Below, one piece after another: positions 57,047 to 64,000 of a stretch of 64,000 nucleotides of DNA. Below the pieces are notes generated by a model. The model was not told the DNA's origin. It made no database searches and saw nothing but the letters and a program-made list of their open reading frames with translations. The stretch covers positions 1-64,000 of the forward strand of contig CP070751.1 in the NCBI GenBank assembly GCA_020348445.1, written 5' to 3'. Numbering within the stretch: position 1 is the stretch's first letter; each line of letters begins with the position of its first letter. The translations under genes were made by a program, and so were the position numbers. This DNA is from Thermoplasmata archaeon. GTDB taxonomy: Archaea; Thermoplasmatota; Thermoplasmata; GCA-020350865.

Positions 57047-57050
57047 TTTA

Positions 57051-58208
57051 TTAATCCCTCCTTTCTTCCAGTTCACCCTCAAGTGGATGTAATCTTGACC
57101 ACACATCCCCAAGAAATTTCAAGTAAGAGATATAATTATCCCCAGAACTCTTGATTAGATAGTTATCACTAAGAGTATTAAGGATTGTTTCTATCCCCTG
57201 GTCCTTAAACGAAGAAATGATAACAGGTGTGATTTCGCCCATTAAGAGTATTCTGGTTACTAATTGTGTCCTATTTCTAGAGAGAGTTCCAGTGCGAGTT
57301 AAATCTCCCTCGATTAAGTGAATATATCCAATAAGGTCTTGAAGAGGACCACCTCCGGTACTTCTTCTATTATATACATCGACAACCTGTTGAAGACATC
57401 CATCATAAATCTCTTTTATAACTTCTTCAAGTTTTATTTTTTTCTGCGGATCGATATCGACATTAACCTTATCATTGCTTATTTCATTAGTAATTATCTT
57501 CTGCCAATCCTCGCTAGATCTAAAATGAGATCGAACTGTATGGGTTATGAATCGATCTAGAAATAAAGGGAAAAGCGAGTCTTTTCCAAAGCACATAGTA
57601 ATTGATTCTGTTAGGACCGATAAAATACCATCTGGTAGAGTCTGACCATTCCCTAAGAAACATTCTTTTATAAAACCCTGTGCTGTATCTTCATCGAATG
57701 GTTCAACATATAGTGGAACGAACATGGCTCGAATTTTATATGCTTTTTTATAATTTTCTAGTATCTTATCAAAACCAATTGAGCCACATATTATCATTTG
57801 TATTCCTAGTTTATCTGGTATCCATAGGAGACCATCGAGAAATTCATGTCTTTCTTCTTCGGTCATTTTATCCAAAGAATCGGATAGTTCATCAATTATA
57901 ATTATACAATCAGTGTTTTTTCTTTTTAAAAATTCATAGACCTCATACATTACTTCTACCCAAGAATCTTCTGGTGCTTCACGGGGTGTATTTACATGAA
58001 ATAATCGCTTCATACTGTTCGCAATAGTAACCGGGGAGCTTACACCTGTAGTTTCACAATTAAAATAATAAAACTTGGTCTCTAATCGATCATTAAGATT
58101 TTCAAGGATTGTTGTCTTTCCTACTTTTCTTGGACCACAAACTTGAATATGTCTTCCTTCACTTAGAAGCTTTTCAATAGCTTTTACATCTTTTTCCCTA
58201 TCATACAT
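57051..58208 (-). CDS. P-loop ATPase (archaeal ATPase/AAA-like)
   Basis: DRE, GPRKVGKT, IIIIDE, CGSIG; stop 4 nt from next start. Confidence 0.85.
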   Translation of the reverse strand: MYDREKDVKAIEKLLSEGRHIQVCGPRKVGKTTILENLNDRLETKFYYFNCETTGVSSPVTIANSMKRLFHVNTPREAPEDSWVEVMYEVYEFLKRKNTDCIIIIDELSDSLDKMTEEERHEFLDGLLWIPDKLGIQMIICGSIGFDKILENYKKAYKIRAMFVPLYVEPFDEDTAQGFIKECFLGNGQTLPDGILSVLTESITMCFGKDSLFPLFLDRFITHTVRSHFRSSEDWQKIITNEISNDKVNVDIDPQKKIKLEEVIKEIYDGCLQQVVDVYNRRSTGGGPLQDLIGYIHLIEGDLTRTGTLSRNRTQLVTRILLMGEITPVIISSFKDQGIETILNTLSDNYLIKSSGDNYISYLKFLGDVWSRLHPLEGELEERRD

Positions 58209-58377
58209 CTATTTCACCATTTTAATACATGCCCATTCAAGATTCTTTGTAATATATATAGTAATTATTCAACGAAGATATTTCGCAGCTTATTTGTTTC
58301 GAAACACTTTCGTTTCGTAATATATTCGTTTCTGGGTATATAAAGGTTTCTATAGGCGGGGTAAGCTCTATTAGACG

Positions 58378-59247
58378 TTATTCCAATATCTTTCCTTCGT
58401 ATAACTCCTTTCTTCTCGCTTCAAACATATCGTTTTTTTCCCCGGCGAACTCTGCAATGGTCATTATCTTCACTTTTTTCTTTTTCGCCTGTGCAAATAC
58501 CCTCTTAATCTGCTCTTTCCACCCAAGGTCCCTTAAAAGATGGTGGTCCAAAACAAATTTCTTGACCTTGGTTTCTCTGATTATGCGGTTTATGTTTCTT
58601 ACGCTTTTCTTTAGGTTCTTTTTTGAATATCTAAATCCCAGCATGTAGGTCATGGGACCATCGCAGAATATCACCTTTGGCCTTTCATCCAATATGAACT
58701 GAAGCTGGTCCTTAAGAGAAGGCCCTTGAACATCGGATGTGTACACAAATCTATCTCTGCCCTCTATCACACATACCTCGGTTACATAACCGAGTTTGGT
58801 ATTTGTCCCGTGGGGCACGGCTTCGGAAAATCTTATGGTTGTCTTTCCAAATGAGAATTCGTTTCCGTCGGAAAACTCGATTTCTTTGGGTAATTCTCCC
58901 AACTGGTTAAGGAAGTATCTGGCCCTTTTCTTCTGACTTTTATTGATGTTCTCCTTGGGGTGTTTTGTGAAGAGAATCTTGTTTTTGAAAACACCGGGCT
59001 CATCAGGGTCGTGATGATCGTAGTGGTAGTGGGTGACTATTAATACCTTGGCCTTTTTTGCATAGCGTTTGATCTTCTTCCAGTCTTCGTCCATTCTTTC
59101 CCATTCTAATGGATGAGGTTCAAGACCGTACCTGTACGGCCCCAGAGCCACCCCGGGATCGATTAATACCTTGGTGTCCTTGGTTTCAATGAAAGTGGCC
59201 ATGCTTCTTGTTCCCATACTGTCGCTGGCAAGCGGAGTTATCTTCAT
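58378..59247 (-). CDS. UPF0282-family metallo-beta-lactamase-fold hydrolase
   Basis: SMGTRSMATF, DPG.ALGP.RYGL.PHP.E, THYHYDHH, DHHLLRD. Confidence 0.9.
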   Translation of the reverse strand: MKITPLASDSMGTRSMATFIETKDTKVLIDPGVALGPYRYGLEPHPLEWERMDEDWKKIKRYAKKAKVLIVTHYHYDHHDPDEPGVFKNKILFTKHPKENINKSQKKRARYFLNQLGELPKEIEFSDGNEFSFGKTTIRFSEAVPHGTNTKLGYVTEVCVIEGRDRFVYTSDVQGPSLKDQLQFILDERPKVIFCDGPMTYMLGFRYSKKNLKKSVRNINRIIRETKVKKFVLDHHLLRDLGWKEQIKRVFAQAKKKKVKIMTIAEFAGEKNDMFEARRKELYEGKILE

Positions 59248-59294
59248 CTCGCCTCCCGCCCCTTATATGTTGGAAAATATTATAAAAGAAGAAA

Positions 59295-59918
59295 TTAACT
59301 GACTACCTTTCCAAAGGCTATTGTACCTGAGACATTCTCTATCTGAACCTTGACCTTTGCCCCCTTTGCTGTACCAGGGACATAGATGATATAACCTCCC
59401 CTTTTGGCCATACCATCCCCCTTTCTCCCCACATCCTGGATCATTAGCTCGTAGACCTTGCCGACCTCCAACACAGCTTGAGGCTCCGGACCTCTGCTTC
59501 CCTTCCTCACCTTTACTGGCCTGTGGGCACCGCATGCATCACACTCGAGAATCAAGGTCCTGCCGTCCTTTACAAGCTTGGTATCTGGTCTTTCGCATTC
59601 TGAGCAAAGGACGTACGTGGAAACGTAAGAATCGATCCTGTCCTTTATCTGATCAGCCTGCACCTTTCCTTTGAAAATCACCCTCTTGCCATCGCTGGAG
59701 CCAGCAGTTCCCAATTCCTTGAGCAGGTAGGCGAGGATATCAGCCGGATCTCGGTTGACTGCACTTGCTATATCTGCAAAATTTCGAAGCACTGTTGTCT
59801 TTCCTTCGATTAGTACATCCACTTCCGGCACTTGAAACCTCGAATGCTCTGTTATTGCCGAAGGAAGTTTGTCCCTTGCCCTTTTGAGCAAGGTCTTGTA
59901 ATCGTATTGTTCTGACAT
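59295..59918 (-). CDS. eif2b: Translation initiation factor 2 beta subunit with C-terminal TRAM domain
   Basis: RFQVP, NFADIA, YVLCSECERPDT, CDACGA, TRAM GRKGDG.A; start MSEQY at 59918. Confidence 0.95.
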   Translation of the reverse strand: MSEQYDYKTLLKRARDKLPSAITEHSRFQVPEVDVLIEGKTTVLRNFADIASAVNRDPADILAYLLKELGTAGSSDGKRVIFKGKVQADQIKDRIDSYVSTYVLCSECERPDTKLVKDGRTLILECDACGAHRPVKVRKGSRGPEPQAVLEVGKVYELMIQDVGRKGDGMAKRGGYIIYVPGTAKGAKVKVQIENVSGTIAFGKVVS

Positions 59919-60158
59919 GTTGATTATGGAAAGGAAAAAACCACTTATAAAACCTTTGGTTTCTTTTATTAATAGGGGGATAGAGGGAGTATGAAGACCT
60001 AAGGTATCAAAATAAGTTAGACTGCTAAGATTTACATTCAAATCAGATACTCAAATAGTTGAGGAAATTATTATTCATGGCTTCATTGAGGAAATCTTTA
60101 AATATCAGGAGTATAAATACTCCTTAAGGAGTGCTTAGGCTCCTTGGAGTGAATATGA

Positions 60159-60395
60159 ATGCCGAAAGTGAACATCACCCTTAACCAGGATATTTGGGAA
60201 TGGTGGAAGGCCAATAGATGGATCAACCTGTCACAGCTTTTGGAAAAGGAGCTGTGGCGGATCAGGCGCATGGAAGAGATTCATCAAGGAGCCAGGGACA
60301 TAGGGATGGGGAACTGTCCAAAATGTGGTAATTCCAAACTCAAGTTCATAGACGGTGTAAGCTACAAATGCACCAAGTGCGGATCCATTATATGA
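60159..60395 (+). CDS. Small protein: RHH/CcdA-like N-terminus plus zinc ribbon
   Basis: MPKVNITL...INLSQLLEKEL; CPKC..CTKC. Confidence 0.6.
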   Translation: MPKVNITLNQDIWEWWKANRWINLSQLLEKELWRIRRMEEIHQGARDIGMGNCPKCGNSKLKFIDGVSYKCTKCGSII

Positions 60396-60418
60396 TATTA
60401 AAAAAAGGAGTGGTATAG

Positions 60419-60733
60419 ATGTTGATAACAACAACAGAAGAAGTGCCAGATAAAGAAATCAAAGATATATTGGGAGTGGTCTTTGGCAGCTGTGTGCAGA
60501 CCAAGCATCTTGGAAAGGATATTGGTGCAGGATTGCGCTCGGTGGTTGGAGGCGAAGCCAAAGGATATACTGAGATGATGGAGGAGTCCCGTCGCACGGC
60601 AACTGAACGTATGATCAAGCAGGCCATGGCTCTGGGAGCCAACGCTATCATCACCATGCGGTACATGACGGCCCAGACCATGCGGGGAGCCGCCGAGATC
60701 ATTGCATTCGGTACCGCCGTAAGAGTGACCTGA
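60419..60733 (+). CDS. YbjQ/UPF0145 family protein
   Basis: GGE.KGYT.MMEESR, GANAI, EIIAFGTAV. Confidence 0.93.
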   Translation: MLITTTEEVPDKEIKDILGVVFGSCVQTKHLGKDIGAGLRSVVGGEAKGYTEMMEESRRTATERMIKQAMALGANAIITMRYMTAQTMRGAAEIIAFGTAVRVT

Positions 60734-60745
60734 GGTGGAATTGGC

Positions 60746-61255
60746 ATGTCCAATGACTCTTCCGCCCTTGGTTTTTTGATATCTATGGTGTTACTCAGCG
60801 TGGTCCTTGCATTAATATTCTTTTTTTACGTTGATCCCCTGTGGACCGCGATAATAATTATATTTTGGATGGTGTTGTTCGCTTCGATTCTCGCATACGA
60901 CAGCCGCCACTGGGGACGGCCCGGGCTCGATACCCTTGGAGTGCAGCTATCCTCTCGGACCCGAAAACTTGAGCTGGGCGAATACTCAATCGAAGGAATG
61001 GTGATGGGTACCTGCGTTAAGGCCCGCAATATGTTCTCGGCTGCCAGGGCCGAGGCAAGATCACTTATTGGTGGCGAGGCCACTCAGTTCACTTCATTGG
61101 TGGACGAGTGCCGCAACATCGCACTGATGCGGATGTGTCGCAAGGCCAAGGACATGGGTTGCAACGGAGTTGTGGGATTTCGAATGATCACAGCAGAAAC
61201 CCTTTGGGGGGCAACTGAGATTATCGCGTTCGGGACTGCTGTTAAGATCAAGTAG
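60746..61255 (+). CDS. Membrane-anchored YbjQ/UPF0145 family protein
   Basis: Two N-terminal TMs, then GGE..FT.LVDECR, EIIAFGTAV. Confidence 0.88.
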   Translation: MSNDSSALGFLISMVLLSVVLALIFFFYVDPLWTAIIIIFWMVLFASILAYDSRHWGRPGLDTLGVQLSSRTRKLELGEYSIEGMVMGTCVKARNMFSAARAEARSLIGGEATQFTSLVDECRNIALMRMCRKAKDMGCNGVVGFRMITAETLWGATEIIAFGTAVKIK

Positions 61256-61402
61256 TCCAATAGAGTGTGTGAAGTTGATAGGGATGAACGGGCCCCATAA
61301 ATTCGCATAATTCAAAATTCTAAGTGGTGTTCAGAATTTCATTTTAATCTATAAGGAATAGAAAGTAAACCTTAAAATAAATCAAAATCCATTCAAAAGA
61401 TA

Positions 61403-61939
61403 GTGATGGATATGGAGATAAAAATAGGCAACACAACAATTACCCTTCAGCAGGGTGACATCACAGAAATCGAGGCTGATGCCATTGTGAACGCCGCCAA
61501 CAACCATCTTTGGATGGGAGGGGGTGTTGCAGGAGCAATAAAAAGAAAAGGTGGTAAAATCATCGAAGATGAGGCAGTGAAATTGGGACCCATACCAATT
61601 GGCGAAGCCGTGGCCACCACTGCAGGGAAATTGAATGCCAAGTACGTGATTCACGCGGCAGGGATGGGTACAGATCTAAAAACAGATGAGGAAAAAATCC
61701 GAAATGCAACCTTAAATTCACTAAAACGCGCCAACGAGCTTAAGATCAAAAGCATAGCTTTTCCTTCCATTGGCACTGGTGTAGGGGGATTCCCCTTGGA
61801 TACCGCAGCAGATATCATGCTGAGATGCGCAATAGAACATGTGAAAAAAGATACCTCCTTAGAAAACGTTATCTTCGTCCTCTACCAAAAAGATGCGTAC
61901 AAAATCTTTGAAAATGTGCTGGGATCTTTAAAACGTTGA
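61403..61939 (+). CDS. Macro domain protein (ADP-ribose binding/hydrolase)
   Basis: GDIT..ADAIVNAAN..L.MGGGVAGAI, VIHA, AFPSIGTGVGG. Confidence 0.95.
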   Translation: MMDMEIKIGNTTITLQQGDITEIEADAIVNAANNHLWMGGGVAGAIKRKGGKIIEDEAVKLGPIPIGEAVATTAGKLNAKYVIHAAGMGTDLKTDEEKIRNATLNSLKRANELKIKSIAFPSIGTGVGGFPLDTAADIMLRCAIEHVKKDTSLENVIFVLYQKDAYKIFENVLGSLKR

Positions 61940-64000
61940 TTATCTTCTGAGATCTGCAGAAAATCCGCAATCTGGGCACTGTATTGACGAGGAAATATCT
62001 GCATTGAATAATCTCTTGCATCTCGGGCATCTAACTGTATCGTACACCAAATGATGCGGAATTTCTTCTTCGACTGAGAAAGAGACAGGTTCTATGCCAG
62101 AGATAAAAGTAACTTCTGGCTCCTCGCTTAAGGCTGTTGTATCTGGAATGAACGATATTTCGTCTTCTGTTCCATCAGAGATTTCGGGCTCCTCATCAGG
62201 TATAAATCCTATTTCCTGTGCATCCGAAGTCGGGGTAAAACCTATGGAAAAAGGCCCTTCTACACCGTCGATTTCCTCCATTAAATCCAATGTCTCAGAG
62301 GTAGGTCTTGGACGGCGGCGCATGCGTGATATCGCAGGTACAACAGCGATAATTATGATGGCAACCAACGCAATGATAAGATAAGGCAGCCATGATGAAG
62401 TCTCCCTCTCTCCCGCTTTTTCCTGATGCTCTACAAAGAATGTTATATCCTCTTCCATTGACACTTCGCCTACCATGGCCCTTACATAGAGGGTGTGCTC
62501 GCCCTCCGAATACACGGATGTATCGAGCTCGATTGCGAAGGTTCTGTCTTTTCCCAGGCTTTTCCAGGTTTCGTTATCTATTCTGTATTCAATTGATTGG
62601 ATATCGCCTGTCCCGCCAGTTACCTCACCCATGATGGTTACGACTCCTGTTAGAATGTCTCCTTTGCCAAGGTTATTGAACCTAATATCGATGGGTATTA
62701 CCACTTCTGGAGTCTCAAAGGAATAATTATAACTCTCAAATACGTTTCCAGCTTCATCTGTGGATTTGACCCTGAAATAATATGTTGTTGAAGGAGTCAA
62801 GCCCGTTATTGTGATCATATGTTCTTTTACCTTTGAATCATCTTTTTCAGAGTACCCCATATTCAATTCTGTTCCGTAGATGACCTCGCTGGTACTGGAT
62901 TCGTCTGTAATCCAGGTTATTGTTGCAGTGTACTCGCCTATGATTGTGATCGGGCTACCGATCATTATTGGAGGTGTTATATCTGGTGCAATTAATGTTT
63001 TGAAGGTGTCATCAACTGAGACGATTTCATTGGCATTGGGGCTGCTGTCCCTGGATTTGACCCTGAAATGGTAGGTTGTATCTGATTTGAGGTTTGTCAA
63101 GGTGATGTTGTGTATCAAGACGTAATTATCATCCCTTTTCTCTGATTCATAATCATCCTTATCAAATCCATATTCAACCAAGCTGTCGCTCTTTTCATCG
63201 GTTGTCCACACTATTGAAGCTGTGGAGTGGGTGATCATGGTTACTTGGGGTCCGCTTTCGATATATGGAGGTGTGGTATCAGGGGGACCTTCGGTGTAGA
63301 AATAGATGGTTTCGTCCCCGATACTTGCGTTGTTATCGCTTGGATCTTTGGATTCCACTCGATAATAGTACCTGGTGGATGGTTTCAGACCTGTCAATTT
63401 TATTGAAAATTCCTTCCAATAATAGTCGAGATCCGAATATACCTTTCCATAAGAGTCCGTCTCACCGATTTTGATGATCCAGTTGCATGGTTCGTTCGTT
63501 TTCCATTCTATAATCGCTGTTGTATCAGTTATATCCCTTACCGTAAGCTCTGTTATGACGGGATCTAAGATATCAGGAGTATCGTCTGTCGTAAAATTGA
63601 AATCTTCACTTAAATTGTAATTCAGGCTTGCATCAGAGGAATTGATACGAAAATGGTATGTGGTATCTGACTCCAAACCGAACAACGTGATGGAATGCAC
63701 CCACACCATTTTAATATCGATCACCATGGATCCATATTCGGCGGTGAGACCGTACTCCACCTTACTATCAGCGAGTTCATCAGTATTCCAGAAAATCGTT
63801 GCAGTACTATCACTTTTACCAATGATCTCAACGTTGTAAATTCCAGGCGGTGTTGTATCAGGTAATATCTCGGTTGTAAAATTCCCAATGGGACTTTCCC
63901 CGGGACCGATATTGTTCTCATCATAACCTTTTATCTTGAAATAGTAATCTGTCCCTTCATCTAAACCAGTCAGCGTCATGGAATGGTTATACGTATAATT
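61940..64000 (-). CDS. Cell-surface protein with tandem FN3/purple-acid-phosphatase-N-like domains, Ig-like domain, TM anchor and cytoplasmic zinc ribbon (5' end outside window)
   Basis: Repeated ATI.W.TDE..DS.VEYG...H.ITL..L...TTYHFRV.S; frame open to 64000; tail CPRC..CPDC. Confidence 0.88.
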   Translation of the reverse strand, partial: NYTYNHSMTLTGLDEGTDYYFKIKGYDENNIGPGESPIGNFTTEILPDTTPPGIYNVEIIGKSDSTATIFWNTDELADSKVEYGLTAEYGSMVIDIKMVWVHSITLFGLESDTTYHFRINSSDASLNYNLSEDFNFTTDDTPDILDPVITELTVRDITDTTAIIEWKTNEPCNWIIKIGETDSYGKVYSDLDYYWKEFSIKLTGLKPSTRYYYRVESKDPSDNNASIGDETIYFYTEGPPDTTPPYIESGPQVTMITHSTASIVWTTDEKSDSLVEYGFDKDDYESEKRDDNYVLIHNITLTNLKSDTTYHFRVKSRDSSPNANEIVSVDDTFKTLIAPDITPPIMIGSPITIIGEYTATITWITDESSTSEVIYGTELNMGYSEKDDSKVKEHMITITGLTPSTTYYFRVKSTDEAGNVFESYNYSFETPEVVIPIDIRFNNLGKGDILTGVVTIMGEVTGGTGDIQSIEYRIDNETWKSLGKDRTFAIELDTSVYSEGEHTLYVRAMVGEVSMEEDITFFVEHQEKAGERETSSWLPYLIIALVAIIIIAVVPAISRMRRRPRPTSETLDLMEEIDGVEGPFSIGFTPTSDAQEIGFIPDEEPEISDGTEDEISFIPDTTALSEEPEVTFISGIEPVSFSVEEEIPHHLVYDTVRCPRCKRLFNADISSSIQCPDCGFSADLRR

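Noticed and set aside
1-64000. tRNA, rRNA, integrase or transposase genes
   Set aside because: No T-loop/cloverleaf, rRNA-like tract or recombinase motif found by eye; tRNAscan-SE and an HMM search would confirm

Overview
Archaeal chromosomal window, most consistent with an anaerobic, amino-acid-fermenting Thermoplasmata (eIF2-beta with TRAM, archaeal TrmJ/TruA, IorAB, GGAGG/GGTGA RBSs, TATA/BRE promoters). It contains: two large surface proteins cut by the window edges; housekeeping genes (xth, trmJ, truA, eif2b); an atypical CooS; a LUD/CCG pair; iorAB; a 15-gene PerR-headed oxidative-stress/iron operon with four small genes missed by the ORF track; a Grx/FTR-rubredoxin locus; an acyl-CoA mutase/MeaB operon with isobutyryl-CoA-mutase residues; and an AT-rich ATPase + STAND-TPR pair. 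The most novel-looking signal is a repeated module: (STAND ATPase with an inserted longin/roadblock-like domain + TPR) -> Rab-like GTPase with a conserved C-terminal domain -> small ribbon-helix-helix protein -> palindrome TGT-N4-ACATGT-N4-ACA, whose core lies exactly 12 nt from a TATA-like box in all three copies -> exported-protein gene. One module lies between direct repeats copied from the 3' end of a DUF438 gene, which look like integration scars. No CRISPR array, rRNA, tRNA, integrase or transposase was recognised. Family calls are from motif recognition by eye, not database searches.
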